DNA of 64,000 nt from Lama guanicoe (lineage: Eukaryota), in NCBI GenBank assembly GCA_013239625.1, contig MU053881.1, positions 1-64,000 on the forward strand, in the 5' to 3' direction. Below the pieces are notes generated by a model. The model saw only the letters and a program-made list of their open reading frames with translations. It was not told where the DNA came from and ran no database searches. How positions within the stretch are numbered: the stretch's first letter is position 1; each line of letters opens with the position of its first letter. Both the position numbers and the translations under genes were made by a program. This document shows, piece after piece, positions 13,321-23,890 of the stretch.

Positions 13321-13849
13321 ATCTGTTGGGATTGCCCAGGGCAAAGAGCTGTGCCTTCCCCATCCCAGTCCACTCCCCACACCATCCTCCCCAGAGTCTC
13401 AGATCCAGGAGTATGAGGGACAAGACTCTTCCCTTGCTTATCTGTGACTTCTCACTCCAACAGCCCCACCATCTGCCCTTTATCAACTCATTTCTCCTTT
13501 CCAGGTTACCTTGTCATTGGTTTCAGAATTGTTTGCTACTACACTGTGGAAAGAACTTTGTAATATAAACCCTACAGTTTAACAATGGTCCATTTTGCCT
13601 TTGCAGGTTGATTCTGTACGTTTCCAAATTTCACTTAGGTCAGCTCCTTTCGCTCCACCATGGACTGTGAGTTTTTCTACTCATTTCCAATACCGTCAGA
13701 TTCTGTCACACCCTGTGTGTATTCCACCCTGCAACACTCCTGCACTCTAAACAACTAAATTTGAATAGATTATGATTGACCTTTGGGCTGAACAAATGTG
13801 TGGGCTTAGACCTACTCATAGTGACACCAACCTACAGTATCACATGGAA

Positions 13850-14720
13850 AACTTCAACCCCCAACCCCCAACCCATGATCTGCTTATGTCCGTAGTTTTG
13901 CCTTTTCCATAATTGGCACAAATAGGGTCATACTGTGTGCTACCTCCGCAGGCTGGATTCTTTCACTTAGTAACATACAAGTAAGATTTACCCATGTCTT
14001 TCCATGGGTTGAGGGTTTTACTTCTATTGCTCAGTAGTATTCTATTGCGTATGTATGGGAGGAAAAGCTGTTTTCCCTCTCCTCTTCTAGGTTCTTGGAT
14101 GAGACCTCCCAGCCCCTAATAGGACAGATTACAAGGAGGAAAACAAACACGTTTAATAACATGTATACCTCCTGTATACAGGGAAGGTGCCCAGGAAAAC
14201 TGAGTTCCTCCCTGAAATGGCCAAAGGCATCACCTAAAATATGATATTTAGCTGAAAACAAAAGCAAGGCCTTTGGGGGGGAGGAAGTCCATTATGGCAG
14301 GTTATCATGAAAGCTCAGTAAACAAGGGTGTGTTTGTTATGCAGATTTAAGTCAAAACTCCTCTATTGACAAGATTTAGTTGCGATTTAATCAGCCTTCT
14401 ACTTCTGGTACAAATAGGGACACACCCTTACAAATGAAGATTTTCCTATTAAATGTAAACATCAGTCACAAAGGGGCAACCACTACTCAGTTTTCTATGA
14501 TTTTTTTGTAATTAGACCATATTAATCCTTATGCCAAAGAAGCCTATTTTGGTGTGGCTTATTGTGCTCCTCTTGACATGGATGTACCCCAATTTGCTTA
14601 TGCATTTATCTATTGAAGGACATCCTGATTTCAAGTTTTTAGCCAGTAAGAGCCAAGCTGTTCTGTATAACTGCATCCTAGTTAGTGTTTGGATATAGTT
14701 TTTCAAAGCACATGTCCTGT
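13850..14720 (-). mobile_element. Old L1 (L1M) 3' fragment, antisense, split by an LTR
   Basis: ttctttcacttagtaacat...ctcagtagtattctattg resumes after the LTR as tggatgtaccccaatttg...tgaaggacat. Confidence 0.6.
14050..14578 (-). mobile_element. Solo LTR, MER34-like (ERV1)
   Basis: On the minus strand it begins tgtcaagagg...ccaaaataggcttctttggcataaggatt and ends agaacctagaagaggagagggaaaacagcttttcctcccataca, giving TG...CA termini. Confidence 0.65.
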
Positions 14721-15919
14721 GCTTAGGAGTTCTCTCTCTGAACTGCTGCAGTCAACAGAAAGAAGTACAAATTAAGACAAGGAGACACTCTGGGTTAAGA
14801 AATTAGAATTTTCTTCTCTGACTGACAATGGACCAGGCTACCTGAGCAGACAAAATGGCTGTAGTTTGGGCTCCCACCTGGTCCCCTCCACCAGTAGTGC
14901 CTTGTTGTGGGAAATAATCTGTCCAACCCAGGAGCTCACAGGGGTACTCCTCCCAGCCTCCCAGGACCACAGTTGTCTTTATGCATCAGTGTGACATTTT
15001 ACAACGACACTCCCGTGTAGTCTAGTACTCAGGAGACCTGGTTTCCTGTGCTTCTATCACTGGCTGTGGGGTTTGGCCTCACGGAAACTCAAGGTCTGAA
15101 GGCCCACTTGGCACCTGCTGTGGTCCTTTGATCCTGGGTCATTGGTGGTGGGTGGGCATAGGTTGGCCAAGCCTGGTTGAAACCATTCAGCTTCTGCCCC
15201 TGCTGACTCACCACAAGCCCCTGTGCCCACTGGCACTCAAGCCGTGTTTCTGGAAACAAAATCAGACCCAGACCCAAGGCGCCCTCCTGCTTCCAGCCCA
15301 CAGGCCTGCTGTGCCGCGCTGCGCCAAGCACACTCAACCACAGCTCTGAAAGCTCAGCGTATCTTGCAGTTGGCCTTGAGGTGAGATAACGTGGACACGT
15401 CACTCATCTGGCAGAAACGTTTAGTTCTTTGTCCAACTTTTGAAAGAATGGAATTTTGGAAATGTTTTCTCCTGGACTTCTCGCATTCCTAGGTTGATCC
15501 ACTGCCCCGGTGATTTTCCCTGCTGTGATTTCCCCATTGCACTGATTACAGTAAAAACAGCAGTCATTCTGGGAATTCGGTCAGGCTTTTCCCAAACCCA
15601 CTGAGCCTCACTTCCGCCGCCTCCGCCGCCAGTCTGCTGTCTTGCGAGTGCCAGCATCAGGTGCTCCGGTCTGGTCAGGCCCAAGGCCGCCTGCTGGCAG
15701 AGTCTGGACCCCATCCAGGTCCCTACCTGGTTCCTAGGTTATTTCTACCCAACACATAGCCCGACCTGTCCTACGATACGTTACCTTTCCTTTTACATTC
15801 TTTCCTTCCTGACAATAGGAGGAGTGCTCAGGTAGAGATGTAGGAAATTAAGCAAAGTCAAAAGATTCCAAACACGCTGAGGTCACTTTAAGAATTCAAA
15901 GGACGTGAGACACCTGCCG

Positions 15920-16435
15920 GGTTGAAAGGAGGCGGGGGTTCGCTCCGCGCTCCGGAAACGCCAGCGTCCAACGGCGACCCAGGGCCCTCCAGGCAGAGAG
16001 GAGGCGCCGGATACCTGGATCTGAACCAGCTCCGTCCCTCCCCGTTCCTCTGCTCCGTGGCGCCGTCAGGCCCTCCCCGCTCTGGAGCGCCGGGCTCAGG
16101 GCGCAGCCCCCTCAGAGCAGATTTGCCCGCTGCCCTCCCAGCTACTGGCTGCAAGGACAGGGTGTGGGCGGGAGCGGGGACCGGGGCACCGGGCAGGGCA
16201 GGGACCCGGGTACCCGGCGGGAGGTGAGGGGTGGGGGCCGGGCGGGGGGGGAGGAGCCGGCGGGGCGTGTACCCCGGGCGGCTAGACAATCCGTGCTGAC
16301 TCAGGTTCGCCCAGACTCGCGACCTGCGGGCGTCAGGCCCCACCCAGCGCGGACTTTGGAATTGGCGTGAGGACTGACGGGCGCCGCAGCCAGAGCGCGC
16401 TTCCGCGGTACGCCAAGCCCTGCCGAGCCCCGAGG
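15920..16435 (+). promoter_or_regulatory. CpG-island promoter/5'UTR of FAM110C with GC boxes and an AP-1/MARE-like site
   Basis: Very high GC and CpG content. G-rich GC-box runs at ~16225-16265. TGCTGACTCAG at 16294-16304. Confidence 0.7.
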
Positions 16436-17401
16436 ATGCGCGCCCAGCCAGCCCTGGACGCGCCCCCGAGCGAGCGGCTTCTGTCCCGGGACCCGGAAGC
16501 CCCCAGGGCCCGGGTTGCGCCGGGGTCGACACCCAGGAGCGCGGTGGAGAGGCTGGCAGCGGACCGCGCCAAGTACGTGCGGGGCCCGCTGGGGGCCGGC
16601 TCAGCCCCTGCTGGCGTGGGCAGCAGCCCCGCGGCGAGCAAAGGGCAGGCGGGCGACCCTCGGCCCCCGGCCCGCGTCCCCGGGCCCGTGGCGCGCAGGA
16701 CCATAGCGCGGAAGCCGCTGAGGCCAGACTCGCTGGTCATCTACCGACAGAAATGCGACTTCGCCCGGGGCCCGGGAGCCGACAGCCCCAGGGGGAGCCT
16801 GGTGAAGAAGCTCTTCCAGGGGCCAGGCAAGGACAAGACGCCGGTGCCCCCCGGGATGTCCCGGGTGGGAGGGGAGGGCAGGGCCGGGGACGAGGTGGCC
16901 GCCCAGGCCGAGCCCGGCCCCATAGCGGCCCCTGAAGTCCCACGGCCCTCCGAGCCCCAGGCGCCCGCCCTGCGGGTCGGCGCGCCGCCCGGAGTTCCGG
17001 CTGCTCCCGGGCCCCCGGAGCTGCGAGGGGCGAGGCGCCGGGGGCTGCAGCGCTCGCAGTCCGACCTCAGCTCCCGCTACTCCGCGTCCTTGACCGAATT
17101 TGACACCTTCTTCCAGTACTGTGGCCTGGAGCCCGAGGTGGTGGAGGCGCTCGGGAGGGAGAACTTCTCCGCCGGCTCGGACCGTGTCGCCCTCAAGGTC
17201 CGCAGCGTGAGCGTCGCCACCTCCGACAGCGGCTTCTCCCGACACAGCGGCGGCGACGAGGGGCTGCAGGAGGAGGAGCTGACGGAGCAGGTGCCCAGCA
17301 CCACCTCGGTGGTCGAGAGGAACGCCCGCATCATCAAGTGGCTGTACACCTGTAAGAAGGCCAAGGAGACCCCCAGCCAGGGGCTGCAGGGCCCGGCGTG
17401 A
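16436..17401 (+). CDS. FAM110C: Protein FAM110C (321 aa), CDS entirely in exon 1
   Basis: First ATG is at 16436 (MRAQPALDAPPSERLL); the track's 16367 start is a GTG. FAM110 motifs present: SAVERLAADRAKYV, RKPLRPDSLVIYRQKC, LQRSQSDLSSRYS, FFQYCGL, SVVERNARIIKWLYTC. Confidence 0.97.
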   Translation: MRAQPALDAPPSERLLSRDPEAPRARVAPGSTPRSAVERLAADRAKYVRGPLGAGSAPAGVGSSPAASKGQAGDPRPPARVPGPVARRTIARKPLRPDSLVIYRQKCDFARGPGADSPRGSLVKKLFQGPGKDKTPVPPGMSRVGGEGRAGDEVAAQAEPGPIAAPEVPRPSEPQAPALRVGAPPGVPAAPGPPELRGARRRGLQRSQSDLSSRYSASLTEFDTFFQYCGLEPEVVEALGRENFSAGSDRVALKVRSVSVATSDSGFSRHSGGDEGLQEEELTEQVPSTTSVVERNARIIKWLYTCKKAKETPSQGLQGPA

Positions 17402-17431
17402 CCACCCGCCCTCGGGGAGACCCGGACCAAG

Positions 17432-20400
17432 GTGTGCGTCCAGAAAGCCCGGGAGGGGTGTCTGTGTGCGCGCGTGTGTGACGGCGTGGTGAGTGCCACC
17501 AAGCTGGGTGATCCAGTCCTCTGAACTAGTGGGGGACCCTAGAGGTGGAGACGCAGAGGCTCCTGCGTGGGAGCGGGCGCTGCTGAGGACAGAAGGGCTG
17601 CCAGGCCGGGTCCCCCGCAGGTCCTGCAGTCTTTCCTGGAATGTGCGCGTCTGACTGCCTGGAAAGGCAGGTCTGAACAGTAACGCCATCCCAGTTGGTT
17701 TATTATTGTAAAAAGAGGAGAAATTGGAATTATTAATACTCTAGTAGTTTTACATCTCTGCCGTTATCCTGCGTTGAAAATATCCTAAGAGCAGGGGTTC
17801 CTGCCTGAATTGACCTTTGGGCCCTGTGCTTCTATCAGAGACGACTGTCCCCCTGCGGCTGGCGGGGCTGCCACCCCCCCCCCCCCCCCCCCCCCCCCCG
17901 CCCCAGCAGAAAGGAAGGCTCTGTGCACTTCCTAGAAGCCTTTACCAAAGTGGGAGAGAGGCAGAACTCTCCACAGGATCTCATCAGCAGTTGAGCGTTC
18001 ACTTGGCTGCAAAGATCTCAGTTGGCTAAATTGTGTTCAAATTGTTTTGAGACCTTTCTAAGGAGTCTCTGGAGCAGCTTTATTCACAAGAAGGCGCTTC
18101 AATTTGTTGAACTAGGGGCTGGGCTAGTTCATAACTGGTAGCTTAGAGTTCCCCTCAGCGGTGATTCTATGTTGGATTTGTCTTTGATGATAATATGGGA
18201 GATAAACTTCTTCAAGTTGGACATCAGGGCACAGGGCTGATCTCAAGTTCTTTTTCACAGAAACTACTCACTGTCACCTCTGGAGACGCATTTCAGAGGG
18301 TAGTGAAGGGAGAAGTGGAGCCACCTTTTCAGGGTTCTCTCTGAGAACCACATTTTAAGCATTGCAACATTTTGTTTTCTCTTGCCAGTCACTGACAGCT
18401 TGCTACAGATGTTTTAAAAATTCATGTGGTGGAAGTATTTTGTCTGCCCGTAATATAAACTAATTGGAGACACCGTGTTAGTCTTCAGCACGGTGGGGGA
18501 GTCTGCCACAAGTCGTGTTGATACACAGCGCACCTGTGTTTGAGGACGGAAAAAGGCGTAACTTCCCTGAATGGCCATGGTCTTAGTACATATGTGACAA
18601 TTCACAAGAAGAGACAAATTCACTGTTACTCTAGCTCAGAAAGACCATGACTTAAGTTCTTCCTTACAGTTTTTGGGAATTACTGCATTTCCACTAGCGT
18701 AAGTCCCCAAGCAAAATATGTAGACACTCAGACTTTAAACTAAAAGCAATACATTAATGTGTACTTTTCACCAGTTGTCTTGGGAACGGAGATCAATAGA
18801 TGGTGCAAAGGGTAGGGTCAGCCATGAACACCTTGGTGTGGAGAGGGGAAGGTGCAGGGGCCAGCAGGGTCCTGGAGGGACACCGGAGAGAAGATGGGGC
18901 ACTCCCTGGGGAACTGGGAGGCCTGTCTTCCATTAGCCACTTCTGTTAGTCACTCTCACACTTTTAGATTAGGTTTCCATTGTTCATAAAATGAAGGCAG
19001 ATAGCAAGCGGTTTCCAACGTCTACACTTTATGACTACAGTCGGTAATCTGTATGAATGTGTCTTGCGATTGGAACCCAGAGAAGGAAAACAAAAGAACT
19101 GTCATCTATTGGAGTATGCAAAAAGTAAACTTACAAATAAGCTCCTTCCAGCCGGCCAGAGTGCACTGTATTTTATGCAAAAAGTGTAGGCAAAATTAGT
19201 GGTGCAAGTAGTGCTGGAGCAACACAGTGGTGCACAAACGAAAAATAAAACCTGGGACACCGTAAAAATAAAAGCAGCCTCCGCTGACCCCTCTGGACCC
19301 AGGCCCACCGTCACTCTCAGTTCTCCAGTGTCAGAGCCTGAAAGACAATTTAGGATTCAGCCCGTGAGGTAACTTTCCAAGTTACCTTTCCTTTTAGGTC
19401 TGAGCCCATGGCAGGTCGTTTGCCTGTAAGAACTTTCACTTCTATGACAAAGAAAAGTGGTTGAGGCAAGAGTGGGAGTGACACAGGGTTAGGAAGCAGC
19501 TGCCCAGGGCCAAGCTGTGCTGGAAAACAGGCTCACTTACCCCCCACCCCATGGAGTCCTGTTTGTTCGCTCCAGGGACGGTGTCACCTGCCTTATTGCT
19601 CAGAGAAAGGAGACCAGTTTCACACAGAACCTGCTTAACTTTCTGTATGTCATTGGTTGTCATCAGTAATGAGAAGAGTTTCTCCACAAATTGACTCCCC
19701 TCGACCCAAAACAGCTCAAGTTCTTTGAACTTCACCCCAGGTGACCTAAAGGCTGGCTACTTGGAGGACTGTGGGGGGAAACACGTGTCCTGAGCTTTCT
19801 CTAGCTCCCTGGTCCTGGGAGGAGACCTGCCTGGGGACACTCAGCTCGCTGCCTCGGGCCCGGACGCCCCCTCGCAGAAGAGCAGGAGAGAGCCTGGGCC
19901 CCTCGCCCTCCCCGGGGGGCGCTCCTGCAGCATGAATGGGGTGCAGCTGGCCTTTCCCCACAGGGTTACTTGCCATAAGTTCTGGGAGATGTGGGAGCAA
20001 GACTGCAAGCTGCCATTTTTCTCTAGTTTATCAGGACATTTGTGTTGGAATCCGTACATTTTCAGTTTAGGATTTCATGAAAAATTCAGAAAATTTGAGA
20101 TGAACAAAGAGACGCTTTTCTACGAAAAAGAAAGTGCACATTTTATATGGAGGTTTTTGGCCCCTTCGTAGATAGAGATATATAAATTAAAATAAAAATA
20201 TCCCATCCGGAATTAAATTAAAAGTTTAAAAATGTATTACCCCGTGCAGTAAAAATACTTGCTTTTCAAAAGTAATAACTGAAAGCTGAGAATGACTTGT
20301 AGACTGCACACAATCCCACTGGGATCCGTGAATGATAGTTCCACGTGGGTAATTTTGGTTTTCTGTTTCCCAGGGTATAATTCAAGAAAATTGCTCTTCT

Positions 20401-21229
20401 GTCTACTGGTGTTTAGTCATCTTCCTGTCCTTCAATTCATTAAAATGACAGGGCTGCCAAAATTTCGGTTTGGGGTTTTCTGTCTTTTGCATAGAACATA
20501 TGTTACTGATTTTAATATTGTTATAAGAGAATGGTACCTTGTCCTTTGGATTAATTAGGGATGAACATTGTTCAGTTCAAGGCAAAAAATCTTAGACATT
20601 CCACAGCTCTCTTCACATTTCTCTTTGATAAATGTGGGACAACTCAAAGCTGGGGCCCGGGGGGTACTGTCACCATCTGCAAAGATGCCGTGGGGTGGGC
20701 GGCAAGCAGACAGACCGTGACGGTCCTCCCTTTCTGTTGCTTTCTTCTTTGACGAGCTGGGAAGCTTGATAGTCACCAACTCAGAGCACATTTTAGTGGC
20801 CTGAGCAGCAATAAGGCTACCCCCATGCCGCCCAGCCGTCTTCAGGCCAGCCTCTGGGACTTTTAGAGAGATTTGTGTTGGAAAGGGCAGAATCTGTTTG
20901 CCTTCAAAATTTTATTTCTACTGCCTGCTTTGTATTCTATTTTGTTGCCCAACTCTGCTAGTTAATATTGGACTTACCAACATTCAAAGAAATTTTTCTT
21001 TTTTGCCCCAGAAAAAAGACTGCAGGGAGATGGACTGCAGGAAGCCAGATGATAGTTGTTTTTACTGCTGACTTCTTTTTAAAATTTAAAATGCACAAAG
21101 GAGATGTTTAAGATGCAGAGGATATCACAGAGTCAAAGACTGCAGGGACCAGACTTTGTAGGACAGCGCTTGGTTTTGTCGCCTTTGCCTCGACTGGTGT
21201 TGATTGACAGCTTTTTCCTTATCCCTCAG
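17432..21229 (+). other. FAM110C: FAM110C intron 1 (within the 3'UTR)
   Basis: Donor CCAAG|GTGTGC at 17431/17432. Acceptor ctttttccttatccctcag|GAAGCAAG at 21229/21230. The downstream GAAGCAAGTCTTCCC resembles the start of human exon 2 (which encodes GSKPSR), as recalled. Confidence 0.7.
17874..17899 (+). repeat. C26 homopolymer
   Basis: Direct count across lines 17821-17881. Confidence 0.9.
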
Positions 21230-23890
21230 GAAGCAAGTCTTCCCAACCATGGAGACTCCTTGAAGTGTCTGGACGATTGGGCCCTGGGCCGTCCTCACTG
21301 CCAGGTTTCATTCAGTGCACCCAGGCGTCCATGAGATTGCTGTTTTCCCAAGAATGAAGCACTCCACTGAAGATACTTAAGCACTTTCAGAAGAATTGAG
21401 ATGCTGTGGAGAAGAAGGGAACACAGAACTCGGAAAGGAGCTGAGTTAAGAGACTGTTATGACACAGCTGAAGCTCTGGGAGATACTTTCTTGTGTTAGG
21501 TGGACCCATCCTTGCTTCCAGGGGGCAGCAGAAGGAGGAAAACTGCTTGCAGATATTTTCAGGGACATCTTTTTGAGTGGCTTTGCTGACAAAGAGGTAC
21601 CTTGATACATTTTAATAATATCTGAATTGATTTTTTAAAGTGAAGAGGCAAACAGCATGAAAATCAAGCATGAATGCCCTGATAGTTACTGCTTTCAATC
21701 ATATAGCCCAATTTAAATCAAAGTTCTGTGACAATGAGAAAGTGCACTCTACACAAATACTGCGGCTAACAAAGAACAAACACATGCTCACACTTGCACA
21801 CTCACACATAGAGCTCCATTTTTAAGCACCACTGCTGTGTGAACTATTGTGAATTCCCAAACTGTGCAACTGATCATCTTATGTAGCCGATCAGAGAACA
21901 CCTTAAAATCATTGACAGCTACGAGGTCCCTCTATGAACACCACTCCCACCGGGCTGCAGACATGCAGAGGCACCACTGAAAGATAAGTTAGAGCTGAAA
22001 TACTGCTAGGAGACCTTTTCTTACACCCGGACAGGTTTTTGGAAGTTGGCAGAATATTGGCACTTCCTTCCATCAGATTGATACCAGTGTTCTGCACCGA
22101 GCAGAGTGTGTGTTCTCGCTCCCAGCTTCTGAGCAGGATGGAAAGCCCCAGTTGACACAGAACATGGACTCATAACACAGAACATGCCCCAACATCCAGT
22201 CTAATTCACACCCCACCCATCACGCAGTCATCCCAAATTTGGCACCAGTTCACCCTTCTCTGAAAACAGGACGTTTGAGATGAGGGAAGGTCTCTGGGTG
22301 CCTAGGAGATTCCAGGATCAGACTGTTGTCAGGAAGGAGTTACTGTGAACCTAAATCTGAACTGGCTCCTGACACTCAGAGTAACCAGATTGCAGATTCA
22401 GAACTTTCTGAGAGAAATTTTGAGAGAAACCCAAAGAAAATTTGTCACTCGGTCAACTCTTACAAAGTTTATAATGTTTATCAAAATATGTCTCTTTAAG
22501 AATAAAATTATTAGCAGAATAGATAGGGAAGAGAAATTGGTTTCTCAATAGTAAAAATATTTTATAAACCAGTCTATATAGTTGATATATTCATGTTGAT
22601 ATATTCATGTATTTGTTTGATGTATTCTATTTTTGTAACTATTTTACTGTGAGAATATGTCCTTGAATTACTTAAATATTTATTTTTACATAGTTGCTGG
22701 TCTTCAAATATTTTTCATACACTGCATATGGTTTTAGTTTTTATCAGTATAATTTTAAATCATTCTCTCTTATGTTGTCTTTGTGCATATGTTGGTTAAT
22801 TGAATCTTTAACTTTGACTGTAGGCAGAGTGTTCACTGCACCATAAAGTGCTCAGTACTGTAGGGGTTTGCTTTTAAGTGAGTCACAGGTGTGCATTGTG
22901 GGGGGCTCTGTTGGCTAACAAGTGTACCTCTCTCAATGTGGACTCTATTTATAAAAACAAAGACTCGCTGCCCTTAGAAGCCCTTCCCTGTTGACCCTCT
23001 AAGATGCTGCTGCTCCGCTGCTCACCAGATCGCACTTAGTTTAAAAGATAACGTCAAAGAGGACAGGTGTTTTCTTAAAGGATCTCCTCATGTAAGCAGG
23101 TCCATTATTTGCTGGGGTTCCATTAATATTATATGTAAATATTTTAATTTAAATTGTTCTGTGCCTTTCTGCTTTCAAAACTGGATGAACTGAAACCTAG
23201 GGCAGATTTATCGAAGATAAAATAGTGCACACTTGACCATCCACAGAGTAGATGCACAACGTAAAAACAAGTTGGTTACCGTTTAAAAGCACCAAGGTCT
23301 TCCAGAAGCATCTCACTTCAGTGGTGGTGACTCCTGGGAGCAGGTGACCGAGGTGGGTGTGACTCAGGATCAGGCTGTCCCCAGACCCCAGCTCCCTCCC
23401 GTCCATTCAGACTCACACCTCAGGCCACAAGTCCTTCCCCAGCTCTGCATTACCCCGATTTGCTGCGTGACTTTGGGGAAGATCGAACTTTGTAGCTCAG
23501 TGTGAATGAAAAAGCTTGTCATTGCTTTTCACAGGGAAGAGCAACGCGAAATAGTTTCATTTGTTGATGAACGAATAGCATGTCTATGAAATAAATGCCT
23601 CGGACTGAGAAGTGTGTGTGTAGCCGGGAAGTTTCCTCATTCTAGATCTATGCTTACTGTTTTTAAACTGCTGGTCACTGACACGAGTTAAAAGAAGGCT
23701 TTATCAAGCTCTGCCCTTTGCAGTGGGTTTAAAGTACAGCTCTGTGGCTGTGCTAATGCCATAAAGTGTCAGGCCCTGACGACTGTTACGGCAGTTTCTA
23801 AATAGAATTTTTTTCTACACACTACTTGCAAGAGGAGGGCAATGTTATATATTCTGTATTAAAGAAATAAAGTATTCTTATCATTTATTA
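21230..23890 (+). other. FAM110C: FAM110C exon 2 (3'UTR), probable poly(A) signal at 23866
   Basis: Follows the acceptor, is TE-poor with AU-rich tracts, and has an ATTAAA/AATAAA pair at 23858-23871. Alternative AATAAA at 22501 and ~23590. Confidence 0.55.

Noticed and set aside
15888..17689. Long antisense/overlapping ORFs (214 aa, 362 aa and others) and the 16367 start for FAM110C
   Set aside because: These are shadows of a very GC-rich CDS/CpG island with non-ATG starts and no recognisable domains. FAM110C homology begins at ATG 16436.
22581..22610. 14-bp tandem duplication gttgatatattcat in the FAM110C 3'UTR
   Set aside because: An ordinary slippage duplication with no evident significance.
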